NCBI RefSeq assembly: GCF_009914755.1
Contig: NC_060933.1
Strand: one strand, 5' to 3'
DNA: 64,000 nt
From: the human T2T-CHM13v2.0 reference genome, Homo sapiens
A program made the translations under genes and the position numbers. Positions 1-15,384 of this stretch are shown piece after piece (position 1 is the stretch's first letter; each line of letters starts with the position of its first letter). The notes beneath the pieces are model-generated. The model saw nothing but the letters and a program-made list of their open reading frames with translations, ran no database searches and had not been told where the DNA came from.

Positions 1-1365
1 GCTGATACTGAATTTAAAAAGTAACATCATCATGCAAATGTTTTGGGGGGCTATAAGGCCTCGACTGGTTTACTCAGGATAGTTTAGTCAGCATGTATGT
101 GGGGGAATGGCTGGGTGTCGACTGACCTCTGAGTCTTCCTCACAGGGGCTGGTACTGCTAGCACGGAGGAAATGAGAGGGGGGGACGGGTAATGCCTTCT
201 GGGCCAGCATGTTTGGGGCAAGCAGGGTGTACCTTATGGGGACACACTTTCTGTCAGGAGCAGAGCTGGGCCTCCAAATGAAAGGCATCTGTTGTTCTCA
301 GGCACATTCTTGGCATTTCATTTGAGAGAAATGCCTGATGGCCAAAATACCAGCAACGTGCTTGTAAATAACAAATTCCTCAGAGTTACTGAACACATCT
401 CATCCTCTTTTTCAAAAAAGCTTACAATCATTCTTTTGCAGCTTACATAGATGTATTGTTTGCACACCAGGGTTTTTCCTGTCAAATATAATACATTCCT
501 TTGTATCCTCTTGCAATGATTTTGAAACACACAGTTATCTACCAGAGACTTAGTCCTGAATTCTGGCACCTGAGCATGCATTGTCATGCCTTGTGAGATT
601 CTCATTGAGTGTGCTGTGGGAACGAGCAGGCAAGGCCCCCACTGAAAGCATGGCTGATGACATAGGGTCAGAATCATTCATTCCTTCCACAAATATTTCA
701 TGAGTTAGTTCATGGCACATGTTAGGATCTACACTGGGGATTCAATAATGAATCAGGCGTAATCGCTGAAGGAATAGAAGGTCCTTTGGAAAAGTCTGAT
801 AGGACATATGCAACTATCATACAGAGTGATAGGTGGTAAAATAAAATTAATGACAGGGTGTTGTGGGCTCTTATTTCAGCAGGGGGCAGAAGTGAGCACA
901 GAGAGATCCTTGAGGAGATGACATCCTAGCTGAGCAGTTGTTCTGAAGATGAGAGTAAGCAATGCTGTAGGAAAAGGCTGTTAGGAAGAAAGGGAGGCAT
1001 CAGAAAGCCTGGGACAATGGGACAGCAGGTGCTCTGGAAACTCTAAGCAGTTTGGAATGGCTGTAGCACATGCAAGAGGTGAGCTGAGGGGCATGCACTG
1101 TCTGGGTCATTTAGTGCCGTGGAGCGTGCTAATAAGTTTGGACTTTCTTTTTTTGGGCAATGTGGAGCCAATGAAGAATTTTAGGTAAGGAGGTAGCATC
1201 GTCATCATCACTATCTTTTTCATTGCTCCTTTGTATGACTTATGTGTTAGACAATGTTCTAGGTGTAACATACACAGTATTGCAGTTGATTCTCCCAACA
1301 ATTCTCTGAGAGAGATACTATTATTATTTCCATTTTGCCATGCAAAGATGGGCTTTAGAGAGTAG

Positions 1366-2024
<659 letters not shown>

Positions 2025-2918
2025 AGAAGTAACTTGATCAAAGTCACAGAGCTGGTAAGTGGTGGTGTGTGGAATTGAACCCAGGCATTCTGACCTGGAG
2101 CCCGAGTTCTTAACCATTATGTTGTAAATCTCAGATTTGTGTTTCAGAAAACACATTGAATGTAGAATAAGGAACACACGCTGGAATGGGTAAAGTCAAA
2201 GTGAAAAGGACCAGTGAGGAGGCTTTTGTAACAGGTCTAACTGAGAGAGAATTGCACTGAACTCTAACAGTAGCAAGGGGAGTGCCCACAAATTGATACC
2301 TTTAGGAGAGATTAAGGAGGTATGAGAACATGGTGACTGAGTGAGAGAAGGGAATGAAGGAATGGACGAGTTGAGAACATCTCCTAGGTTTCTGGCTTGG
2401 ACACTTGGTGGATGGGAGTGCTGTTTACTAGGAAGATAGGGAACTGACGCTGTTACCAAAGTCCTCTGCATTGAAGGTCTTTGAAGATCTTCATGACAAA
2501 CCCTGCTCTCTCTGCACTACATGTTGGGGCTGATTGTAAGAATCATGGTTGGCTGATTCAAGATAGACAAGTATTTGCAGCTGCTCAGCACTCTAAAAAA
2601 TGCATCTCTCTCCTCTTTCCAGAAAGGCTTAAGCCTTTCTTGAAATGTGTATTTTCTTCTGTTTTCCTTTAAATGTTACTTTCTGGATTTTCATACTTGG
2701 ATTCATGGACTGATTTCTCTGTCTCCTGCTCTGTGCATCAGCTCAGTGAGAATTCGAGAACTCTCTAGTTGTATGTGTCTATGTGAGCATGTGTGTGTGC
2801 CTGTGTATGTGAGTGCTGTGTGTAGTCCTAGGTTCCACCAGCTCTGTGGTCACATGAAACTGTAATTGCATTGAACGTGGAAAGATTAAGTGCTTAGTTA
2901 TGAATTCAGCTTAATAAT

Positions 2919-3246
2919 GGCCCAGGCGTGGTGGCTCACGCCTGTAATCCCTTTGTAAAGCACTTTGGGAGGCCGAGGCAGGAGGATCGCTTGGGCCTGG
3001 GAGTTCAAGACCAGCCTGGGCAACATGGCGAAACCCCATCTCTACAAAAAAAAAAAAAACAAAATTAGTTGCATGTGAAGGTGTGTGCCTGTAGTCCCAG
3101 CTACTCAGGAGGCTGAGGCGGGGGGCTCGCTTGAGTTTGGGAGGCCGAGGCTGTAGTGAGCCACTACACTCCAGCCTGGGCGACAGAGAGAGATCTTACC
3201 TCAAAATAAATAAATACATAAATAAAATAAGAAGAAAAAAGAAAAA
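2919..3246 (+). mobile_element. AluJ
   Basis: GGAGGATCGCTTG...CCTGGGCAACATGG J-type diagnostics, a 7-bp insertion (TTTGTAA) near the 5' end, and an A-rich tail. Confidence 0.95.
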
Positions 3247-4144
3247 ATGGCAATGCCTTTTTTTGCTTTGGACCTTTCTTCAAAGAAAGTTATAATAGGT
3301 GTGACCTGGGCATCTGTTACAGTACTGGCTCCTTGGGCCATTTATTCCAATGGAAAAAGAAAACCTTTTTGGAAAGAGTGCCATAGCATTTCTGGCCACT
3401 ACCAACTCCAGCAGGAAAAAGAAGATAGAATTTCTCTCAGAGTTTTGCTAACAGCAGCAATGGCAAGACCTGGAGTTGGTATGACATATTAGAGTTTACA
3501 CAGTGCTTTCACATACATTATTTTATTTAATCCCCAGAATAACCTCCACTTTTCACCTGGCCAGCTCCTTCATATTTTCACATGCTTTGGTTTTGTTTTC
3601 AGCTTCTTGATTCTTTTTATAGGATTGAATTACAATTTACACTTGTTTGTCTTTCTCCCCAACTAAGAATGGGGGTTCCCTGAGGGGAGGGGCATGTCTT
3701 CTTACTCACTCTTTTATTCCCAGCAACTCTGCTGAGGACGTTTGAGGAGAGATGGAGGCAGTGCAGACTAAATCTTCTTCTACTTTTTGTTTTAATTTTA
3801 GAGGGTAGAGAACAAGCTTGAATTTATTCATTCTACAAGTAGTATCAGCTACTTTATACAACACACCATGGTAGGAGTTCTGGAGATGCGCAGAACTGAA
3901 TAAAGTTGTTATCCTTAGATGTACAATCTAGGGGGGTCAAGATGGGGTTACAATTTGGGTGAAAATACCAGTTTTCCCAGGACAGACTTGTTTTATGCGT
4001 ATTGTCCTTCCTTATTTTTCTTTTCTGATCTTTAATATTTAATATTATAGTTTATAAATAAAAATAGAGATATAAATTCATATTCATAGTTATGGGGGAT
4101 TAAAAACAAATTATTAAAAGAATAACTTATGAGTAATAAGATGA

Positions 4145-4584
<440 letters not shown>

Positions 4585-4799
4585 TGACAACCTGCTTATT
4601 TCTGTTATCACTAATTACATATTTTAATGAAAACTGAGGTTAACCACATAATATCTAATCATGGCTATGTTTAGGTTCATATAAGGACGGAATGGCACAA
4701 TTATACAATTAACCCCTGTGAAGGAAAAATAAGGCATTATTTTCTTCACTTTACATGTGAACAAACCAACAGCCAGAAAGGTCAGATGTCTCTGATAAT

Positions 4800-5100
4800 T
4801 ATTTATTCATTTATCTGTTCATTACACAACACTTACCGGGTGCCTATTATGTGTCAGGCACTGAAAGGGCACTGGAGCTGGAAAGAGGAATGAAATCCAG
4901 TCTATGCTTTCTGAAAGCCCAAAGTTCAATAGAAGAAATGAAGACATACAGAGATAATGGTGACATGGCTGGAGGAGTCCCTACTGGATGGACAACTAAC
5001 TATACCAGGCAGGGTCAGGGTAGAAGGTTCAAGAATGGCTTCCTGGAGAAGAAGAGGCCTGGGGTAGGTAGAACTGTTAGTCCCAGGGTCAGCGAGAAAG
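4800..5100 (-). mobile_element. L2 3' fragment
   Basis: ATTTATTCATTTATCTGTTCA...GTGCCTATTATGTGTCAGGCACTG matches the L2 terminal motif. Confidence 0.65.
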
Positions 5101-5204
5101 GCGCTGTTAGAGCTAGTGGTGAACTCCTTAACCAGTCTAGATCAGGACTTAGCAACTTAGGGACCCTAAGCCAAATGCGACCTACCCCTGTTTTTGTAAA
5201 TTTA

Positions 5205-6460
5205 AATTTTTCTTTAAATTTATTGAGATGAAATTTATATAACATAAAATTAACCATTTTAGAGTGAACAACTCGGTGGCAATTAGTACATTCACAACAT
5301 CATGCAATCACCACCTCTATTGACTTTCAAAACATTTTCATTGCCCCGAAAGGAAACTCCTAAGCTGTTAAGTGGTTACTCTCCATTCCCCTCTTTCCCC
5401 AGCCCCTCTTAGCCACCAATCTACTTTTTATCTCTATGGATTTTACCTATTCTGTGTATTTCATACCAATAGAAGCACACACCATGTGATCTTTTGTGGA
5501 TGGCCCGTTTCAAGTAGCATAATGTCTTTGAGGTTATTCATGTTGTAGTATGAGTGAGTACTTCACTGCTTTTTCATAACTGAATAATATTTCATTATAG
5601 GTATATGCCACAATTTGTTTATCCATTCTTTTGTTGATGGGCGTTTGAGTTTGTTCCCACCCCTTTTCTATTGTAAATAGTGTTGCTATGAACACTATTT
5701 GCTATTTATTTGAGACCCCGTTATCAGTTATTTTGGGTATATATCTAGTGGTGGAAATGCTGAGTTGTCTGTTCAGCTTTTAGAGGAACTGTCAAACTGT
5801 TTCCCACCACAGCTGCATCATTTTACATTCCTACAAACAACTGGTGTGATTATAGCTCAAGGCAGCCTCCAACTGGGCTCAAATGATTCTCCTGCCTCAG
5901 TCTCCTGAGTAGCTGGGACTACAGGTGCATGCCACCATATGGGCCCAGCTTAAAAAATATATATATATATATATATAATATATATATATGTATGTATATA
6001 TTTAGAGGCAGGGTCTTGCTATATTGCTCAGGTTGGCCTCAAACTCCAGGTGTCAAGTGATCTTCCTTCCTCAGCCTCCTGAGTAGCTAGGACTAGGCAG
6101 GCAGCACCACACCTGGCTTCCTCCTTTTCCCCCTTTTTACAAGTTATAACCATCCTAGTGGGTGTGAAGTGGTGTCTCACTGTGATTTTGATTTGCATTT
6201 CCCTAATGACTAATGAGATTGAGCATCTTTTCATGTGCTTGTTGGTCATTTTTACATTTTCTTTGAAGAAATATCTATTCAAGTCTTTGCCCTATTTTAT
6301 TTGGGTTGTCTTTTTGTTGTTTAGTTGAAAGAGTTCTTTATATATTCTGGATACTAGGGCCTTGCTGGCCTCATAGAATGAGTTAGGAAGTGTTCACCCC
6401 TTTTCTATTTTTTTAGATGAGTTTGAGAAAGATTGGTATTAATTTTTCTTTTAATGTCCA
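5205..6460 (-). mobile_element. L1MB-type 3' end with internal deletion
   Basis: TTTATTGAGATGAAATTTATATAACATAAAATTAACC 3' end. ORF 6028-6282 encodes an ORF2 C-terminal remnant (NKHMKRCSISLVIREMQIKIT). 6362-6455 matches the ORF2 segment encoding LPNSFYEAS. Confidence 0.9.
5842..6118 (-). mobile_element. AluJ (Jr-like) inside L1, with (TA)n in the middle A-rich linker
   Basis: Two diverged Alu arms separated by an AT-dinucleotide run at ~5958-6001. Confidence 0.85.
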
Positions 6461-6999
6461 CCCCCCATTTCTATGAATAGAGTTTTATTGAGACATAGCT
6501 GCATTCACTGATTTCCATATTATCCATGGCTGCTTTTCACTGCTGTCAATGGCAGGGGTGAGTTGTTGCAACAGAGATTGTGTGGTCTGTGAAGCCGAAA
6601 CAATTCCTATCTGTCCCTTTACAAAAAAAAGTTTGCTAAATCTGCTTTTCTGCTCATATGACTCTCTTATATGGAAAACTGAGAAATATCCCTTTTTGGA
6701 GTAAAATAGTCATAATAATTCAAAAACTGCATGAGGCCATTTGGTCATGCAAGTGCTGTTTTACAGGTACATTTCTGTATTTTGGACAATGGACTGAAAA
6801 GGGGCCCTCACTTATCACCCTAAGAAATAATGCCGATTAGGATGTTGACAGTGGAGAAAGATGAATATGAATTGGATACAGGATATAAAAGTAAGGGAGA
6901 GAACATGTCTGACCTGTGCAATGAAGGAGACGAGGACGCCTCCTCACTTAACTAGGAAAGACAGAGGAGAGCCACATGGTAGGGAAATCGTACAATAGG

Positions 7000-7310
7000 T
7001 CATCTATGTCGTAATATAAATGAGTACTTCATTCCTTTTTTGAAAGTGAATAATATTTCAGTGTATGTATGTGCTGCAGTTTGTTTATCCACTCTTGTGT
7101 TGGGAATATATCTAGTGGTGGAATTGCTGGGTTGTAAGTTTAACTTTTTGAGGAACCACCAAATTGTTTTCCACAGAAGCAGCACCATTTTACACCCCTA
7201 CCAGCAATGTACAAAGCTTCCAATTTTTCTACGTCTTTGCCAACACTCTTATTCCCCTATTTTGAAATTATAACTATCCTTGTGGGTATGAATTTTTGTG
7301 GTATCTTCAA
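7000..7310 (-). mobile_element. Old L1 (L1M) ORF2-end/3'UTR fragment
   Basis: TTTTTGAGGAACCACCAAATTGTTTTCCACAG...CCAGCAATGT. ORF 7000-7188 (LWKTIWWFLKKLN) resembles the L1 ORF2 C-terminus. Confidence 0.85.
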
Positions 7311-7340
7311 GTTTTGATAGGCTGAGTTTGGGGTTATTTA

Positions 7341-7653
7341 ATTAAATTAAATTCATTAATTAATTAATTTATTTATTTTTGAGATGGAGTTTTTGCTCTG
7401 TTGCCCAGGCTGGAGTACAATGATGCCATCTCGGCTCACTGCAACCCCCGCTTCCTGGTTCAAGCAATTCTCCTGTCTCAGTCTCCCAAGTAGCTGGAAT
7501 TACAGGCGCCCACCACCATGCCTGGCTAATTTTTGTATTTTTAGTAGAGATGAGGTTTCACCATGTTGGCTAGGCTGGTCTCAGGAGATCCACCCACCTT
7601 GGCCTCCCAAAGTGCTAGGATTACAGACGTGAACCTCCACACCACGCCCAGCC
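7341..7653 (-). mobile_element. AluS (Sq/Sp-like)
   Basis: Reverse dimer with a small internal deletion. TSD-like TGGGGT(T/A)A flanks at 7329 and 7654. Confidence 0.95.
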
Positions 7654-8355
7654 TGGGGTAACTTTTAAACATCTAAACAGAAGTGGCATGGCGAGGCGAC
7701 AGATCACCCCTAAAAAATAGTCCTCGCCTCTCAATAATAAATGTATCAAGACAGACTCTCAGACCGTTCTGACTTCCAGAGGCATTTGCTACCTAACTGG
7801 GCCCTTCTAAAAGACTGGATGAGGCCGGCATCTCCCCACACCCTGATCTGGAGCCTTAACCCTGTCTTAGAGGCCTCTCCTGTCAGCCCCTGAAGTTTTC
7901 GCATGGTTTCCCTTAGGAGGCACATCAAGTCCTCTCACAAATTACGTCTCCAGTGTTTTAAAGTCCGACGTGCCTAAGCAGATTATGTTTTCCCTAACTC
8001 TCACTAAATGCACAATTACAGCTACCCAACTTCCATTGTTCACACTAAACTGGAAGCTTTCTAATATATTTTACAAAAAAAGTGTTTGCCTATGTAAAAA
8101 AAAAAAGAAAAAAATATATATATATATAATCTGGGGCAAGGAATGAATCAAGATGAAGAAGTCAAGCATGGACAGATGGTAGTAGAAAGACTAGTTGTGA
8201 GTGTGGATTCCATTCAAATATACATCTAAGAAGAAATGAATGGGGGAATTATGATTTATGTAAAGGTCTCAAACTCTGACGAAATAGAAATAATATAAAG
8301 CAACAAAAATTGGGAGGGAGATTGGAGGTAGGAGGAAGTAAAAGAGGGTCTCAAA

Positions 8356-8655
8356 TTTTTTTTTTTTTTTTTTTTTGAGACAGTCTCACTTTTTCACTCA
8401 GGCTAGAGTGCAGTGGCACAATCTCCACTCACTGCAACCTCACCTTCTGGGTTCAAGCAATTCTCCTGCCTCAGCATCCTGAGTAGCTGGGATTACAGGC
8501 ACCCACTACCACGCCCAGCTAATTTTTGTATTTTTAGTAGAGACAGGGTTTCACCATGTTGGCCAGGCTGGTCTCGAATTCCTGACCTCAAGTGATCCAC
8601 CTACCTGAGCCTCCCAAAGTGCTGGGATTACAGGTGTGAGCCACCATGCCCAGCC
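8356..8655 (-). mobile_element. AluS (Sz/Sx-like)
   Basis: Poly-T plus full dimer. TSD GGGTCTCA at 8346-8353 and 8657-8664. Confidence 0.97.
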
Positions 8656-10391
8656 TGGGTCTCATCTTTTTTAGTGGGGAATCAATCCAAACTATTTAAA
8701 AATAAAATATGTATTTTTTTAAAACTGGCAGCCACAGATGATGACTCCAGGCTGATAATGACTTAAATTTCTTTCTGGATCTCAGATGGCAAAGAAAGAA
8801 ACATTTATCTGAAATTCTGCAATTTCCTCACTTTTACTTCAGTTTCTTTTATCTTTGTAAATGCACCTAAAATAAGATCAAGTATTTTTAAAGGATAACT
8901 ATTACATAATTTTATTTTAATGAAATCATTTTTGTGTCTATCTTTATCCGTTTATAGATATCTCTATCAAATCTAACGTATTAATTCTTCTTCTGTTGGT
9001 TTGGAGAGATTCCGTAAAAACAATATTCGTAGACTCTTACCATTGCTTATTTCTGGCTGTCACGGTTTGAAGTGAGTTGTTTCTTTCTTGGAACTTTGTG
9101 GATTGCTGAGTTTTTTATGCTTTTGTACATATACAGGTATTACTTAAGAAGATAAACTTAGCCGATATTTTCCCATAAATTCACTTTATAAAGGTTAGTT
9201 ATTTTAAAGGTTATATATAAAATTCCTGAATGCATTTAGAATTTTACTTAACATCATGTTATGAAGACCATTTTATTACTTCCCACTATTCATTTGAAAG
9301 GAAGATTGTTTTAAGATTCTTATATTTTTACAAACACTGCTGAGCTCAAAAAACATTTAAACTTGCAGGCCACATTTGCCTAATTAGAAGTGTGAGCCTT
9401 TTTCTTAAGTTTCATAGTCTCTCTTTAATAACTGTATTGGATTTATATTTCTAATACAGAATCCTACTCCAAAGGGAGGAACATCACACCACTGGTTTTA
9501 TTGGTCTTGGAGAACAGTAAGGCCATTGAAAATATTCAGAGGAACAGAAAAATCAGCACATGTTATATGTGATACCTGGATCTGTTGTAAAAGAAGAAAA
9601 ACAAATTGGAAATTAAATATAAACTATTGAGATAATAAGAGCTCTGGTTGAATTCCTAATAACTAGGAAATTTGTTTGGGCCTGACATGTGAGATTTAAC
9701 ATGTTTCTTTATGACTAAGTTTACATTTGAATGGAAAGGAACCATTTTCAGAAGTTACTTGAAGCTTTAATTAATGCATTTTCAGCTTCCCTGGCAGAAG
9801 TTTAGTCTCTCTCTTTCATCCTTGTATAATTTCCTTTCTTTCCTGCTCCCTCCCTCCCTTTCTCTGTCTTCCTCATCTTTCCCCCTTCCACCCCACCCTC
9901 CCTCTCTCCTTTTTTTTTTCTTGCATTCTTTTTCTAAATGTAGTTTAAGGCCTATTTACTTAGGCCTCGTTTCCAGACCTTGACAGATGCGAGCTGTGCC
10001 CTAACACCGTGCATCCAAGTCAAGCCTCAGTGTGCTCTAACCCCAGTGTTTATGCTGCCTATTAAAGGCATCACTTTTTGGAAATATATAGGGAGTTAAA
10101 TGATCTCTGACAGCTGTGAATTGCAGAAAAAAAGGACTCTATTGTTCAAAGAGCTGCCTTTAATATTGAGAAGCCCTTGCTAAACACTGCAGTCTGCAGT
10201 ATGGCAAATGTTAATTGGCTGTAAACTTAACAAGAGCCGGTTTTCCTCCGTTCCCTCAACCTCCCCCAGTTCATTTTCTCCCCACTGCCTCTTCCAATGT
10301 TCTAGTTTCTAGTATTCTACTTCCATTTGCCTTGTAAACTCGCCTCTCTTAGATACCCTCTAAGATTTTTGGAAGTGCTATTTTCTCATAG

Positions 10392-10868
<477 letters not shown>

Positions 10869-12427
10869 AAGAGCAAACTTCATTTATCCCTGGGCATTTT
10901 ATGGCTAATAAGCAAGGGTAATAAGAACAATGTAGGATTGTTTAAGTCTTTCAGAATGGAGGGGAATCCCGTAACCTTTGGTGGCCTCTTCCTATCGCTA
11001 ATATTCTTCCTAATCTCTTCCATGAGCCCAATCCAACGTGTCTATTAGGCCCAACTCAAGTTCCACTTTTGTTTTATGCCCAACGTTTGTAGTGCCTATC
11101 ATCGTTCAATACTCACATATTGTGTTAGTTTATATATATATGTATTTGCCAGAATTTAGATTTCATATAACTTGACTATTTTAAAAAATAAGATTCACTG
11201 AAGATGTTACTAATATGGCTGAATATTTGCAGCTCATACATAAGCTTACAAATCTGAGAGCATGTGTTGATTTTGACTGCCTCATTTTTTGCCTTCATCT
11301 TTCGAGTCTGCACCATACAATGTGATGCCTAGATAAACACTTTGAATGGCCTGTTGACCTGGGCACTGCCAGGTGCACATTTTCAGTTCATTAGTTTGGT
11401 TTCCTTCTGAGGTTGTAAGCTTCTTATGAATTGAACATCACTTTATCATCCCTTTACCTCCATAACCAATTCAGAGCTGAGCACTTTGCAGGTACTCAGT
11501 GAATGTTTTGAGTGATAAAAATTGACATTTTTAAAGCTGGAGGAGGTCTTAGAAATCAACAACCACTCTTTCACTTTGCATTTAATTAGTTTTTTTTATT
11601 TTGTTCTTTAATTACTTTTTGGTTGTATGCGAATAGCAATTTTGTTTATTTTTACTTACATAAAATGTCATTAAAAATTAATACATGTTTGATTACCTGA
11701 AAAAAATGTTCTGCTCATTGTCTAAGTCTCAATTGACAAACTTTGCCCTTAGTGAAGTCTTTCCTGACTTTCCCTGATCTTTTCAGTCTGCCATGAGACC
11801 ATATAGTATCACTCATTATGGGTTATATGATTTTATATGTTAATTGTTGGACTCTCTTCTAGACTGTAAGCTCCTCAAGGAGAGATACCACGTTATTTTA
11901 TTTTGTAAGCTAAACATTCAGGCCTTCAACAAAATGCAGAGTTGGTCAAACAGTTATCAAAGAACCCTTTCCATGTGTTCAGCATAATCTTGTTATTTAT
12001 CTATTGTGCTATGCATCTTTTAATATTGATTTGTAGGAATTCTTTAAATATTAAGGATTTAATCTTGTGTTGACTTTGCAAATATTTTCTTCTAGGCCGT
12101 GAACTCTCGTTTAATTTTCGTTTATGTGTTTTAAACTTTTGTGTAGTCATTGTGTCCATCTCTTCTCACAAAAAGACCTTTATGATGTGTAAGTGTAATG
12201 TCATGCTTAGTGAGACCTGTGGGAGGGGCTCTGGCACTAACTGTGTCTGAGTGAACTTTAATCCATGTGTTCCACAAGCATTTGAGCACCGGCTATGTGC
12301 CCAGCACCAGGGCAAATGCTGAGTAGACACAGTGTCTCCCCTCAGAAAGCGTAGAGTATATTGTGAGAGATAGACACTTAAAAACGTTTATAGTCTAGAA
12401 GGGTCTATGCTGTTAAGAATAAGGAAA

Positions 12428-12738
<311 letters not shown>

Positions 12739-13315
12739 GCTAGAGTGCTGCTGAGGGAAGATTTCGCAAGGCATATTACAAAGCCCTCACTTGGTTGGGT
12801 GAGGATGTAGTTAATTGGAAGAATTCCCATATGAATGACATTCTAAGCTGGGTCCAGAAGGACAAAATGGATCTGGAAGGAAAGATGTTGCTGGCCTCTC
12901 AGAATGTCTCTGTTTAGTGGGTCTCAATTTATCATTCCAGTTTATCAGACTGAGAGGCACCTGACAGGTATTGGGACATTCCCAAGCCTTGGGATCCAAC
13001 TCCTGTGTTACAGGCAACTCCAGGTTAAGCTGTGCTCAGGTCTGCATTTTATTCCCAATCCTGTCATTTATGGCCTGACTTCCTCGTTGTTTAACCTCTT
13101 TAGCCCCAGTTTCCAAATCTGAAAAACTGGGTAAGATACAGATAGTTGTCTCACATAATAGGAAAGATTAAACTATATGATAAATGGAAAGCTGCTTGCA
13201 CACTCTGGTTTCATGCTCAATAAAATCTTGATTCTCCATACCCCCTTAAACTTTGCCTGGAGTACAGCACATTTTATTCTGGTCACTTAAAGAACTCCTT
13301 CATACATAAAAATAT

Positions 13316-13624
<309 letters not shown>

Positions 13625-13668
<44 letters not shown>
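13625..13668. repeat. (AT)22 microsatellite
   Basis: Uninterrupted AT run directly after the Alu tail. Confidence 0.97.
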
Positions 13669-13671
<3 letters not shown>

Positions 13672-14684
13672 AGTGAGTTTGTTTAAAAATGATCTCTAAA
13701 CTGTCATTGATGGGTTATGTTGAAAGTATTTGTGGATTAAAAAAATTTAGAGTGTTATCTCCCACAAGTATGAAATATGGCATTAACTATCCAAAAAATT
13801 ACAAAAAATTAAATATTTCTTCTCTAGGTGAAACCAGCTCCTCCCCTCCTCCTTATTTATTACATTCTGCTTCTAAGCAGTACTTTTATTTGAAAAATGC
13901 ATGCAAGTTACTGCAGAGCCTTTTATAAATCTCGTGCATGCACGCTTGTGCACACGTGTACACTCGGCAATTGAGCTAGAATGATTTACTGGAAAATTGA
14001 TGTGTGATCTGTTCTGTCACTTGCCTTCCCCAGTTGGAAAAAAAATGACAGGTTCTCTCTCCATCTCACCCAATCTCTCTATCTCTCTTTCCCCAGCTTT
14101 AGAGATTTTACAGAACCCATAATCAATGCTGCTGTTTGAGAGCCTCCTCTTTTTGTATTTTATGAAATGTAAAGCCCATTGAAGACATTTCCTGAGGTGT
14201 CCTTGAGGGAATGGGAAGGGGGACGAGTGCATTGGAGAGCTGAACAGTGACAGCAGCAGCAAGGTGCAGTTTCTAAATCAGAGGTGTGGTCAGAGGCCAG
14301 CAGTTTCTCAAGTGATGGGACTTGTGCCTATAAAGTGAAATGTCTCAGCAAGACCTCAGGAGGCAAAAGGCTTTCTGGTGCTGTTGGGAAGGCAGGACTT
14401 TAGCATGAGGATTTCTCTTTGTAAATGGTCTCTGTTACCCCTTGAAAAAGAAAAGCCTGTTCACCCACAGGGAGACCTTGGGGCTTGTGACAGTGAGAAG
14501 AATAGGGTCTGGTAGCAGATTCTGTTTGCCAGAGGTGGACTCCACAATATCTTCCATCCTACATGCCCTTCTTTGATGTGGCCCTGCCACACTCTATAGA
14601 GGGGTGAGGTCTAGTTTCTCTCCCCTTGCATCTGGGCTGGCCTAGAGATTGGCTTGTAACCTGAAGTCGTGCAGCTTCTGCTTT

Positions 14685-15061
14685 TGTATTAGTCCATTTT
14701 CATACTGCTATAAAGAACTGCCCGAGACTCGGTAATTTATAAAGAAAATAGATTTAATTGACTTACAGTTCAGCATGGCTAGGGAGGCCTCAGGAAACTT
14801 ACAATCATGCAAAGGGGAAGCAAGGCACCTTCTTCACAAGGCAGCAGGAAGAAGTGCCTGGTGAAGGGGGAAGAGCCTCTTATAAATCCATCAGATCTCA
14901 TGAGAACTCACTCACTATCAAGAGAACAGTATGGGGGAAAAAGCCCCCATGATTCAATTACCTCCACGTGGTCTTTCCCTTGACACATGGGGATTATGGG
15001 GAATATGGGGATTATAATTCAAGATGAGATTTGGGTAGGGACACAGAGCCTAACTATGTCA
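14685..15061 (-). mobile_element. THE1D solo LTR
   Basis: TGTATTAGTCCATTTTCATACTGCTATAAAG...GAGGCCTCAGGAAACTTACAATCATG...GAGATTTGGGTAGGGACACAG...TCA. 5-bp TSD GCTTT/GTTTT. Confidence 0.93.
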
Positions 15062-15384
15062 GTTTTGGTCTTTGGCAAGTAAGTTCTCTGGGCACTCCTT
15101 CCAGGGGTGCTCCATTCCAGGACCCAGCTGGCTGCTATGCTGTAAGAAACCCAAGCTCGGTGGACAGGCCGTGTGTAAGCACTCCAGTCGACAGCATTGG
15201 CCAGGCTCAGTTTTGCAGCCATCCTGAACAGCTTCCAGATGATTCCAGCCTCTCGCTCTTCTTCTTCCCATCTGAGTCCCCAGACATTGTGGAACAGAGA
15301 CAAGCATGCACAGGGTTCCCCAACTGAATTCCTAACCACAGCATTCATGATTGTACTGAAATGGTTGTTGTCTTATGCCACTAA

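Larger units (their letters stand above)
5143..6645 (+). mobile_element. MER58A hAT-Charlie MITE, split by an L1 insertion
   Basis: 5' part GCCAAAT...CCTGTTTTTGTAAAT (5143-5200). 3' part AGTTTTATTGAGACATAGC...TCCATGGCTGCTTT...CCCTTTACAAAAAAAAGTTTGC (6470-6645). Confidence 0.8.
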
